Origin: Ignavibacteriota bacterium
Lineage (GTDB): Bacteria > Bacteroidota > Ignavibacteria > Palsa-1295
Assembly (NCBI GenBank): GCA_003151825.1
Contig: PLYO01000031.1
Span: forward strand, 4,096-68,095
Direction of reading: 5' to 3'
DNA: 64,000 nucleotides
Position numbers and translations under genes: made by a program. Shown here piece after piece: positions 27,453 through 36,585 of the stretch. The stretch's first letter is position 1. Each line of letters opens with the position of its first letter. The notes under the pieces were generated by a model, which saw nothing but the letters and a program-made list of their open reading frames with translations, did no database searches and had not been told where the DNA came from.

Positions 27453-29756
27453 ATGAATACTAAGGAACGCGACGAACTCGAACGAGATGGCCCGGTTTCG
27501 GAACCCATTTCCGGAGAAGATGACGCTGCCAATGCGGGCCACGGTCCGCAGCGGCTGAAGAAGATTATTTTTGACGATTTTCAAATCTCTCGCGCCGAGC
27601 AGCAGGCTCAGGTAGATGAGGAACGCAAAGCGTGGCATGAACGTGAGGAACGATTGGAGAAGGAAAAGCCCGCGCTCCTCCGCTTCGCCGTCCCACGGCT
27701 TAAATCCCTGCGCGACGAGATGATCGGCGTACAGAACAAACTTCCTTTTTTTCGAAAACCGCAGCATGAGGAGGAAGTGTCGGCCAGTACCTCGGGTGAA
27801 CAACCAGACCTGAAGAGCGAACAACCGGAATCGAACGGCGTCTATTTTGCCGAGCACGAGCGCGCGGTCATCCGCGTGACTCGCATCCACCACGAAAAAG
27901 CCGAAGTGGCATCATCCCCTGAAGACACGATCGCTCCCCCATTTGATGGGGCGATGGAATTCAACTCGGATCTGCTGCAAAGCGAGTTCGTTCCCGAAGC
28001 CCTCGTCGAAGAGTATCGAGAGGAGACGATTGAACCAGAAGTGGATGAAATAGTGAGCGGATATTTCGAGAGATCGGATGTTGTGGTTGAAGAATTTCCT
28101 TCCGCTTCGGAAGCATCGGTTCACACTCGAGTGATCGCGCCAGAGATGGAAGAAGAGCTATCCCTCGACGCAAAGATCGAACCATCGCTTCTGTCGTTTC
28201 TCGATGCATTGCGGGCCTTCGATTCGTTTCCTCGCCGATCCTACGAATCGCGCGACCCCCGCGCGGATTTTGTTGCTCTCTTAGGGGAACTGCTCGATAT
28301 TCTTCGGGATGAGCTGAACGCGGCGAGCGCCATGTTCTTCTGGGTCAATGCGAAGAAGCAGCAGCTTGTACTCGAAAGCGCCGCGCTCGACGACCGCTCG
28401 TTCCAATTCCTGGCCTCCGGCAAGCGATTCCCCATCGAACTCGACGCCGTAAGCCGCATCGTGACGAAGCGCCGGCCCGAACTCCATGCTTCGATCTCTC
28501 CGCAAGCAGAACTCGATCTCATTCCGTACTATCGTGACGCCATCGGGACTGCATCCTTTGCCGGGATGCCCGTTTTATTTGGGGATGGTCTCGTGGCTGT
28601 GCTGACAGTCGATTCCACCGTGCCGGATCATTTCAGCGCCGAAACGCTTCGCATTTTAACGAATCATTCGAAGTTGATTTCGGGGCTGATTCGCTCCTAC
28701 ATCGAAAAATACGATCTGCTAGCTGCGGCGCGCACACTGGATGCAGCGCGTAAACTCCACGAGATGGTCAGCCCCGATGCATCGCTCCGTATGCTCCGTG
28801 ATCAGCGACGAAATCCGGAGTATGTGCTCCGCGCGCTCACGGAGGCAGCGGGAGAAATCATCGACTGGGATTGGCTGGCCGCCGCTTCCTTCGACGATGC
28901 GCGTCGGCTTTGGAATATTTCGAGCCTTCAGTCCAAGCGCGCCGGGGCATACGTCCCTCCGATGTCCGCCATTTCGATGGAAGAAAGTCTGGTTGGCAAA
29001 TGTCTGGCTTCGGGCCGGAGCTTGTGCATCGATGCGCTCGGCGCGCAGAGTATTCGATACAATGTCGAGGAGGACTCTCATGCTGCTGCCGGACATTCGT
29101 TTATGGTCATTCCGATACGGACCACGACAAAAAATTATGGTGCCCTTGCCATCGAGCACACCGATCGCGCGCGATATACGGACGCGGACGTGGAAACGCT
29201 TGAGCATCTCGCGCGTAGCGCAGCGGCGGCACTTGAAATTATCGTGCTCGGCGAAATGGTCGGCGAGCGAGCGCTCACGGATCTGCTCACGGGCGTGCTC
29301 AACAAACGCGGCTTGCTGGACCGCGCCAATCAAGAACTTTCGCGCGCCATGCAATTCGATGAGCCGCTCACGTTCGTGCTGTTCGAGATCGATGGCGCCT
29401 CGGAATTTCGTTCCAGATTTTCACAGGAGGATTCGGACACCATCGCTCTTGCGATTGCTCGATTGCTCCGGTTTGGCGTGCGGCCGTTCGATGTCGTGGC
29501 GCGCACGGACGAACATACCTTCGCCGTCATCCTCGTGAAAAGAACAGATGAAGAAGGCTATCTTTGGAGCGAAAAGATGCGCAAGATGATCGTGAGCGAA
29601 GTGATTGCGATCGGCAAGCGGAGTTACTCGGTGACGTCCTCGATCGGGGTTTCGGGCGCGCGGCGGGATGGTTCCGTTGAAGAATTGATCCAGGGCGCCG
29701 AGCTGGCGCTCGAACGCGCGCGTGAATTAGGTGGCAACAATGTTATTGTGTATTAA
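27453..29756 (+). CDS. Tandem-GAF protein with degenerate GGDEF domain
   Basis: Two GAF-like regions; TDLLTGVLNKRG; active site reads RTDEHTF. Confidence 0.85.
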   Translation: MNTKERDELERDGPVSEPISGEDDAANAGHGPQRLKKIIFDDFQISRAEQQAQVDEERKAWHEREERLEKEKPALLRFAVPRLKSLRDEMIGVQNKLPFFRKPQHEEEVSASTSGEQPDLKSEQPESNGVYFAEHERAVIRVTRIHHEKAEVASSPEDTIAPPFDGAMEFNSDLLQSEFVPEALVEEYREETIEPEVDEIVSGYFERSDVVVEEFPSASEASVHTRVIAPEMEEELSLDAKIEPSLLSFLDALRAFDSFPRRSYESRDPRADFVALLGELLDILRDELNAASAMFFWVNAKKQQLVLESAALDDRSFQFLASGKRFPIELDAVSRIVTKRRPELHASISPQAELDLIPYYRDAIGTASFAGMPVLFGDGLVAVLTVDSTVPDHFSAETLRILTNHSKLISGLIRSYIEKYDLLAAARTLDAARKLHEMVSPDASLRMLRDQRRNPEYVLRALTEAAGEIIDWDWLAAASFDDARRLWNISSLQSKRAGAYVPPMSAISMEESLVGKCLASGRSLCIDALGAQSIRYNVEEDSHAAAGHSFMVIPIRTTTKNYGALAIEHTDRARYTDADVETLEHLARSAAAALEIIVLGEMVGERALTDLLTGVLNKRGLLDRANQELSRAMQFDEPLTFVLFEIDGASEFRSRFSQEDSDTIALAIARLLRFGVRPFDVVARTDEHTFAVILVKRTDEEGYLWSEKMRKMIVSEVIAIGKRSYSVTSSIGVSGARRDGSVEELIQGAELALERARELGGNNVIVY

Positions 29757-29816
29757 CAGGCTAAAACATTGTTGCAACAATATACGACATTTTTCTTAAA
29801 AATCCAAATTTCACTC

Positions 29817-29842
29817 GGAACGAACGAAAATTACGGCTCGTT
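29817..29842 (+). promoter_or_regulatory. ECF-type promoter-like motif GGAAC-N17-CGTT upstream of rpoD
   Basis: Motif read directly in the intergenic DNA. Confidence 0.4.
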
Positions 29843-30121
29843 CACGGATACACTGTGGGAGAATGCTCCGGGTGGAGCGATTATTTCCACATGCCGAAAT
29901 GGTCATGCAGAGCTATGGAATCGAACGAGTGACCGCTCGGCGAAAATGGTAAAAGAAGGTTCAGAAAGAAACGAACAACCATAATTTTCCATTGATACCG
30001 CAACCAGATTTTATCCTCGTTTCCTGTCGATTCTGTCAATATCGCGGGTGGGCCAGCGCGCGCGCCCACTTCTCGGCTTCCTAACGCTTTAACGCTAATA
30101 ATTTTCCGAATCCGATTCATC

Positions 30122-30985
30122 ATGCGTATCTCAAAACAATACACGAACCGCGAAAGTCAATCGCTGGACATGTACCTTCAGGAGATCGGCCGGGTCGATC
30201 TTTTGAACTCCGAGACGGAAATCTCGCTGGCAAAGAAGATCAAGGAAGAAGCAGTCGATTCGCAGCGCGCGCTCGAAATCCTCGTCAAAGCAAATTTGCG
30301 CTTTGTCGTTTCCGTCGCAAAGCAATATCAGAACCAGGGGCTTTCCTTAGGCGACCTGATTAACGAAGGCAACCTCGGGCTTATCAAAGCCGCGCGCCGG
30401 TTCGATGAAACACGCGGGTTTAAGTTTATTTCGTATGCCGTATGGTGGATTCGGCAGTCGATTCTTCAGGCGCTCGCCGAGCAATCGCGTATCGTCCGGC
30501 TGCCGTTGAACCGCGTGGGCGCGTTGAACAAAATTTCGAGAAAGTTCTCGCAGCTCGAGCAAGAGTTCGAGCGGGAACCGACTGCCAATGAACTGGCTGA
30601 AAAGCTCGATATGTCCGCGACGGAAATCGCCGAGACGATGCGCATTTCGGGACGCCATCTCTCCGTCGATCAGCCGTTTGCCGTGGGTGAGGATAACCGG
30701 CTGCTCGACATCTTGCAGGACTTGCAGCAATCTCCGCCGGATTCCGTGCTCATGAGCGATTCGCTCAAGCTCGAAGTCTCCCGCGCGCTCACCGCGCTCA
30801 CGACGCGCGAGCGCGAAGTGATCGAGCTGTACTTTGGCTTGAATGGCGTTCGTCAACTCACGCTCGAAGAGATCGGCGATAAATTTGCGCTCACCCGCGA
30901 GCGCGTCCGCCAAATAAAAGAAAAAGCCATCCGCCGCCTGCGCCACACACCGAGAACCAAACCGCTGCAAAATTATTTGGGATAA
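30122..30985 (+). CDS. rpoD: RNA polymerase sigma-70 factor, short RpoD/SigA type
   Basis: [42 protein letters not shown]; no region 1.1. Confidence 0.92.
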   Translation: MRISKQYTNRESQSLDMYLQEIGRVDLLNSETEISLAKKIKEEAVDSQRALEILVKANLRFVVSVAKQYQNQGLSLGDLINEGNLGLIKAARRFDETRGFKFISYAVWWIRQSILQALAEQSRIVRLPLNRVGALNKISRKFSQLEQEFEREPTANELAEKLDMSATEIAETMRISGRHLSVDQPFAVGEDNRLLDILQDLQQSPPDSVLMSDSLKLEVSRALTALTTREREVIELYFGLNGVRQLTLEEIGDKFALTRERVRQIKEKAIRRLRHTPRTKPLQNYLG

Positions 30986-31016
30986 ACGCTTGCAATCTTC
31001 TTATTGTATTAATCCC

Positions 31017-33641
31017 ATGAAAATAAGGGTTGCGCTTTTCATCGTCATTCTCCTGTTTGAAGGAACAAAGGTCAGCGCGCAGTGGCGGATCCTCACCCGG
31101 AACGTTGTCAGTGGTTATTCTTTCAGCCCTGAGCGCGGTGAAGTGGGTGCACTAACATTCAAGGATGGGGTTGTGTGGGGCGGCTTCGTTGGGCTTTCGT
31201 ATAGCCTTGACTCTGGCAGAAACTGGTACAGGTCAAGTCTTCCGGCGTATGCAATTCAGGATATTTCTTTTTTGAATAGGGATACCGGTATCGTTGCGAC
31301 CGATTCCGGTGAGTATCAGACGACGGACCAAGGAGCACATTGGCAGCGAGTTGCGCAGGAAGACCTCTGTTCGCGAGTCTTCTATGCTTCGCCATCCGAC
31401 ATTTATCTTAATTGGTCCTGTTCGCACGATGGGGGTAAAACATTCGAAGGTTATACATGGGAAGGAGACATGCCCTGGGCCGTACCGACTCTCGGAATGG
31501 CCATCGGGAAGCATGGTACGATCCTTCTATTGACGGCGGCGAATTCGGCGTCGATCGCGCCTTCGGACTTAACGTACAGCCCGGACGGTATCACCTCGTG
31601 GAATACCATGAACGGCATTGTTGGCCCCGATCATTACTCGCTCGATATCGATTCTTGCTATGGATCGACGTTATACGTAGTAAAAGAGAACTATTATGAT
31701 TCATGGCTCGATGATGAGGATCCACCGGAGGATAAGCTATCCGATATTTGTACAAGCACCGATGCGGGCGGGTCGTGGAATGTAACCTTCTCTCATTCGA
31801 TTCCATATCTTGCTGGATCGTTCACGGGTGCGAAGCATGCTCAATATGCAGCAACCCTCCACGATGGCACGCTTCGTTCGACCGATCATGGCCTTACCTG
31901 GGACAACATCGGCGGTCCGACGAATAAAGCAGACAGCCGCTGCCTATTCGCTGTAAACGATAATCTTGTCTTTGCTCTCGATTCCAACGGCGATTTTTGG
32001 GAGACCACGAACAGCGCAGGCGATCCTATTCCAGCGATTGACGACGAACGCCATCTTGCACAAGACACGCTGTTCGAGCAGGACACCGTTTCATGCGGAG
32101 GATACATTTGGAGGAAAATAAATTATCAAAGCACGGCGTGTAGCCCCCATGTTACTTCGGTCGATTTCGGTTCGGTTACCAATGATTACGGACTCGAAAC
32201 GGGCCCGGGCCCCGATTCCATTCATGTGGTCTTTCATCCAACGCGGGTGGGGACGATAAGAGCTTTCCTGCTTCTGGGACTCACGGACGGCAGTACCGAT
32301 ACGGTTTATCTGCAAGGGACGAACGTCGGAACGGTACCGTTTTATGCCAGTCCCGATACCTTGTTTGTTAACGATACGGTAGAATGCGGAGATTCTATTG
32401 AACACACGCTCCTCTTTCACTACACTAACTGCGGCTCCCCGGTTAACGTAGCGTCTCTATCGCTTATCGGCCCAGACGATCAACAGTACGAATTCCACGA
32501 ATTCGAACCGGACTCTGTGACCGTCAGCTTCCATCCATTCAATGCCGCTTCTTCACGAGCCGCGTTACTCATTCAATGCGACGATGGCCGCGTCGATACG
32601 GTCTTTCTTCGCGGTTACAACCGTGCGCGTCCGTTCCAATATTCCACATCCCGGTCGTCACTTTTTACCCAAGATACTCTCTCGCCTTGCGACAGCCCGA
32701 TAGTGGACACCATTGCATTTACCTTTTCTGGATGTATGGCTCAGATCGTATCGCAGCAAATTACTGGGGCTGCCTCGGCTGACTATTCCGCCATAAGGCT
32801 GCTTTCCTCTCCTCTCGTAACGAGCGATACGATTATTATCTCATTCAAGCCGGCTGCGGCAGGAGCGCGAGCCAGTGCGCTCGAACTGAGATTTGACGAT
32901 GGCACAATGGCTACGATCCCTCTGGAGGGTGCGGGTGCGGGAGGCCACTCGCTCTCGCTTTCGACAACGGACGTAGCAACCGATACTTTAGGCGCCATCG
33001 TAGCGGTTCCCATTGAAATCGAAGGACTCGATCAGCCGGAGGATGTCGATGTCACTCTTCACTATGCTGGAACTATCGAGTACGTCGGGTCCACTGAGTA
33101 CGTCGGGTCGGCCTCACCTACCAATCCATCTCTGGATATTCCCGGCGAAAAACAGTCCGGTCGTTCGAAGCTTCATATCATTCAGGCCTCGCCAAATACC
33201 ATTGCCGGATATTCAAATTTTATCGTCTTTAACGATTCGCTTGCGCTCGAATATGTAACCTTTGACTCGCTCCGTTTTTCGAGCGCGGTGACTCCCTGTG
33301 ATTATGCGCTTTCGCAAGACTCCGCCGTTTCGAATATTATTGCTCCGTCCGGTTGTGAGATTCCAATACTTTCAAACTATATTCACCTGGGCATAATGCC
33401 TCAACTAACGCTCGTTCCAAACCCAACGGCGGGAACCGTTTCCATTATCTCGGACCAAGACCAGGGATTGGCAACCGTTTCGGTCATTGACGGTCTGGGT
33501 TCGGTGCGGCTTAAAACGCAATGTATGCTTATGGCTCATACTCCTTCCTTCCTCACGCTCCCGCCCGTTGGTGGCGTTTATGAACTTCGGATCGAATCTG
33601 TTTCTGGCAACAGCAGTGCGCGCGTTGTGGTCATTCGATAG
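31017..33641 (+). CDS. Secreted Asp-box propeller and Ig-like protein with T9SS-type CTD
   Basis: S.D.G..W repeats, LVPNPT C-terminus; same architecture as 17036-20767. Confidence 0.82.
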   Translation: MKIRVALFIVILLFEGTKVSAQWRILTRNVVSGYSFSPERGEVGALTFKDGVVWGGFVGLSYSLDSGRNWYRSSLPAYAIQDISFLNRDTGIVATDSGEYQTTDQGAHWQRVAQEDLCSRVFYASPSDIYLNWSCSHDGGKTFEGYTWEGDMPWAVPTLGMAIGKHGTILLLTAANSASIAPSDLTYSPDGITSWNTMNGIVGPDHYSLDIDSCYGSTLYVVKENYYDSWLDDEDPPEDKLSDICTSTDAGGSWNVTFSHSIPYLAGSFTGAKHAQYAATLHDGTLRSTDHGLTWDNIGGPTNKADSRCLFAVNDNLVFALDSNGDFWETTNSAGDPIPAIDDERHLAQDTLFEQDTVSCGGYIWRKINYQSTACSPHVTSVDFGSVTNDYGLETGPGPDSIHVVFHPTRVGTIRAFLLLGLTDGSTDTVYLQGTNVGTVPFYASPDTLFVNDTVECGDSIEHTLLFHYTNCGSPVNVASLSLIGPDDQQYEFHEFEPDSVTVSFHPFNAASSRAALLIQCDDGRVDTVFLRGYNRARPFQYSTSRSSLFTQDTLSPCDSPIVDTIAFTFSGCMAQIVSQQITGAASADYSAIRLLSSPLVTSDTIIISFKPAAAGARASALELRFDDGTMATIPLEGAGAGGHSLSLSTTDVATDTLGAIVAVPIEIEGLDQPEDVDVTLHYAGTIEYVGSTEYVGSASPTNPSLDIPGEKQSGRSKLHIIQASPNTIAGYSNFIVFNDSLALEYVTFDSLRFSSAVTPCDYALSQDSAVSNIIAPSGCEIPILSNYIHLGIMPQLTLVPNPTAGTVSIISDQDQGLATVSVIDGLGSVRLKTQCMLMAHTPSFLTLPPVGGVYELRIESVSGNSSARVVVIR

Positions 33642-33656
33642 TCCGGAGAGAATATG

Positions 33657-34313
33657 TTATAAAGCGATAACGAGCAATTCCACCAAGTTGCGGATCGCAT
33701 AATCGGGCTGCAATTCGCGCAGTCGCTCGCCGCCAAAGCCATATAGTGCGGCCACGGTTTTCGTTCCGGCATTTTTCCCGGCCATAATATCCGCGGCGGT
33801 GTCACCGATCATGATTGCGCCAGAGGGAAGTATATTCAGGTTCTGGAGCGCCTTAAAGAGGGGTTCTGGATCGGGCTTATGGCGGACAACATCCTCCAAC
33901 GATACCACAACATCTAAATAATCGGCAATACCATTTTGCTCAAGCGAGAGAATGGATGTGCGATTAGACCGCGTAGTAATGGCAGCAAGTTTCAGGCCGT
34001 GATGTTTGAGCGCATCGAGAACGTTTCTCGTATCTGGAAAAAGTTTAGCGAGATGGATATTGTCTTCCTGAAATTGCCGGTGGGTTTCCGCAAGAGAGGC
34101 TGCAGTATAGCCGGGAGCCATCTTCGCGTACACCTCTTCGAGTGGCCCACCCATGAGTTGTGAGATTTCTTCACGAGGAAGCCGCGCAATGCCGTAAACG
34201 TCGAACGTATGCTCGAACGCGCCATAGATATAGTCGAACGTATCGAGCAGCGTGCCGTCAATGTCGAAGAGGACTGCACGTATCTCGGAAAACATGGTTT
34301 CGCGTTCACCCAT
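33657..34313 (-). CDS. HAD-family phosphatase (Gph/PpaX-like)
   Basis: FDIDGTLLDT, KPDPEP, IGDTAADI. Confidence 0.9.
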   Translation of the reverse strand: MGERETMFSEIRAVLFDIDGTLLDTFDYIYGAFEHTFDVYGIARLPREEISQLMGGPLEEVYAKMAPGYTAASLAETHRQFQEDNIHLAKLFPDTRNVLDALKHHGLKLAAITTRSNRTSILSLEQNGIADYLDVVVSLEDVVRHKPDPEPLFKALQNLNILPSGAIMIGDTAADIMAGKNAGTKTVAALYGFGGERLRELQPDYAIRNLVELLVIAL

Positions 34314-34779
34314 GATTGGTTGTTAGGTCACGCTCCATCGCAAAACATGGAATCATTCCCATGCCCATTACCGCGCCCGTCTCGACGAAGCCATTGCCAA
34401 GATAGAACCCTTTTGCTGTCCGAGTACTTTCGAGTACAACCTTCCGCAAACCAGACGCGCGAGCATGGTCCATCATATCATTTAACATTGCTTTGCCAAA
34501 ACCTCGGCCAAGATATTCGGGAAGCAGGTAACAAAGAAGAATTTCGCCTTCGATTGTCATGAGGGCCGTGCCTGCGGTAGTATCGCCATCGAGCGCGACG
34601 ATCCAATAATTGTTCGGGTTCTCGATTCCCCGCTGCATGTTTTCTGGCGTTTTGTTCGCGCACCACGCGGCAAGAACAGCATCATCGTTATTGTAATCCG
34701 GTCCACATACCTCGCGGATTGAGCGGACGAGAAGGGCCGCGACGGCTTCGGCGTCTTCGGGTATTGCTCGACGGATCAT
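34306..34779 (-). CDS. GNAT N-acetyltransferase
   Basis: MIRRAIPEDAEA start, PEYLGRGFGK, FYLGNGF. The ORF-track N-terminal extension overlaps the ccm genes. Confidence 0.88.
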   Translation of the reverse strand: MIRRAIPEDAEAVAALLVRSIREVCGPDYNNDDAVLAAWCANKTPENMQRGIENPNNYWIVALDGDTTAGTALMTIEGEILLCYLLPEYLGRGFGKAMLNDMMDHARASGLRKVVLESTRTAKGFYLGNGFVETGAVMGMGMIPCFAMERDLTTNHG

Positions 34780-34796
34780 CAGAAATCGATTCGCGA

Positions 34797-34922
34797 TTAG
34801 GAGTCTTTCTCCAATTTTCGCACTCGCCGCTCGATGCCAAACAGGAAGAGAAATAATCCCAGCCAAATGACCGAAGAAATTATTCCAACGACGTAGAGCG
34901 AGTTGTGTTCGAGAAAATCCAT
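34797..34922 (-). CDS. ccmD: CcmD-like small membrane protein (41 aa)
   Basis: Manual translation MDFLEHNSLYVVGIISSVIWLGLFLFLFGIERRVRKLEKDS; directly after ccmC. Confidence 0.75.
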   Translation of the reverse strand: MDFLEHNSLYVVGIISSVIWLGLFLFLFGIERRVRKLEKDS

Positions 34923-34933
34923 CGTATAATTTA

Positions 34934-35911
34934 TTAAGCTTGCTCCATTTTTTTATCTTGCAAGCGAAGAATGCGAGTGTAAAGATCTTTAATCCAGAGA
35001 AAAACCAACAGAAATAAGAGCACGGAAATCCAGTGCATGTCGAGGAGGGTGGGATCCGTGTGAGTTCTGCCCGAGAGATTAATAATTGGTGCGTCGGCAT
35101 TGATAATCCCACCTCCACCACCCGGGTGAAGGCTTTGAGTAATCCGCGGCAGAATGAACATTAGAAAAGGAACGGTCACAAATGCAATAATATTATAGAC
35201 CGCCGCAATGCGCGCCTTTTTATCCTCACTCTCTTCTAAAAGCGAGCGTAGCATGAAATACGCCCCATAAATCAAGAGTAAAATGAAGATGGAAGTCTCG
35301 CGCGGATCCCAATTCCAGAACGTGCCCCAGCTAAATCGCGCCCAGATCGAGCCAGTAACGGTCGCGAGCGCGGTGAACAGAAATCCTCCCGTGGAGGCCG
35401 CTCGCGCGCGCCGGTCGAAATCGAAATCTTTCTTTACGAGGTAGAGAATCGAATAGATCGTTCCCATGAGGAATGCGATAAACGCCACCATCGACATCGG
35501 AACATGAAACAGCATGTTGCGTCCAAGCTCGCCAAGCCCCTGAATCATGGGAAACGTCATGATGGGGTTCACCCGAATGATTTCAACAAGGTCAAAGGCT
35601 TTTGCGTGGCGATTATATGCAACGCTCATGACCAGCACATCGCCCACTTTATCAATCGCATACGTCCCATGGGATTTATCCGTCACACAAACGCGCCCGC
35701 GCTTCCCATAAAGATCATTAAACAAAGCTCCCGCAGAATCCGTGGAAACCAGCGTCGCCTTGACCGGCGTGACATCCTGCACGCCGTTCATGGAGAGCAT
35801 CGCCGCATCTTCGAAGCTGCCGCCGATTGGCGTTTCGAAAGCAACGAATACCTGCACCGTGAGCGCGATACCGAGGCACCAAAGAAAAATATTCGAGCGA
35901 AAGGTGTTCAA
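34934..35911 (-). CDS. ccmC: Heme exporter / cytochrome c biogenesis protein CcmC family
   Basis: FHVP, WGTFWNWDPRET (WWD domain), SLHP; probable TTG start after ccmB. Confidence 0.85.
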   Translation of the reverse strand: MNTFRSNIFLWCLGIALTVQVFVAFETPIGGSFEDAAMLSMNGVQDVTPVKATLVSTDSAGALFNDLYGKRGRVCVTDKSHGTYAIDKVGDVLVMSVAYNRHAKAFDLVEIIRVNPIMTFPMIQGLGELGRNMLFHVPMSMVAFIAFLMGTIYSILYLVKKDFDFDRRARAASTGGFLFTALATVTGSIWARFSWGTFWNWDPRETSIFILLLIYGAYFMLRSLLEESEDKKARIAAVYNIIAFVTVPFLMFILPRITQSLHPGGGGGIINADAPIINLSGRTHTDPTLLDMHWISVLLFLLVFLWIKDLYTRILRLQDKKMEQA

Positions 35912-35915
35912 TGTT

Positions 35916-36584
35916 TTAATCCCGCCAGATGACATCGAACAGCACATAGCTGACGAGTACCATCGCAACATCAAACGAAACAAGTATCAAAAGGTCTCCC
36001 TGAGTATTTTCGATGGCGTTCGATACTTCCAGCGCGATACGTGTTGCATCCGTCGTGGCAATGACGAGCGGCATGAGCACGGGCAGCGCAAGAATCGGCA
36101 GCAGCGCGCCTTTTTGTGAGGCACGGCTAATGAGCGCGGAGAGAATTGTCGATACCGCAGCGATGCCAATCGCGCCTAACGCGAGTTGCACACTAAAGGC
36201 CGGCCAGTCGCGAATATGAAAATCGCGCGTGAAGAAAAATTCGAAAAATAATACCGCCGAAATCGCAAGCGCCAGCATCAACGCCAGATTATACACGAGC
36301 TTGCCGATAAAGACACTTTCGCCGTTCGCGTAAATGCGAAGCAGCAGCGCAGTTCCACGTTCCTCTTCGGAAACGAACGAACGTGCCAAGCCCGTCATCG
36401 CGCCAAAAAATAGGGAAATCCAAAGCAAGGCGCTCAGAATACTTGGCTGAAGCTGCTCGCCCGGCGTCGAATAAAGTATGACGGCGACCGTAATCAGCAA
36501 GAACATGATGACCGCGCTCACGCCATAGCGCGTTCGGAACTCGACGCGCAAATCTTTGCGAAGAATGCCTTGCCACGACGACAT
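35916..36584 (-). CDS. ccmB: Heme exporter protein CcmB
   Basis: KDLRVEFR, F..EEERGT, LLPILALPVLMP. Confidence 0.9.
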   Translation of the reverse strand: MSSWQGILRKDLRVEFRTRYGVSAVIMFLLITVAVILYSTPGEQLQPSILSALLWISLFFGAMTGLARSFVSEEERGTALLLRIYANGESVFIGKLVYNLALMLALAISAVLFFEFFFTRDFHIRDWPAFSVQLALGAIGIAAVSTILSALISRASQKGALLPILALPVLMPLVIATTDATRIALEVSNAIENTQGDLLILVSFDVAMVLVSYVLFDVIWRD

Positions 36585-36585
36585 T

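Noticed and set aside
34780-35121. N-terminal extension of the GNAT ORF (similar extensions on queA, hisC, asnS, NUDIX, acyltransferase and 17036-20941)
   Set aside because: They overlap neighbouring genes or repeats; downstream starts fit the family N-termini
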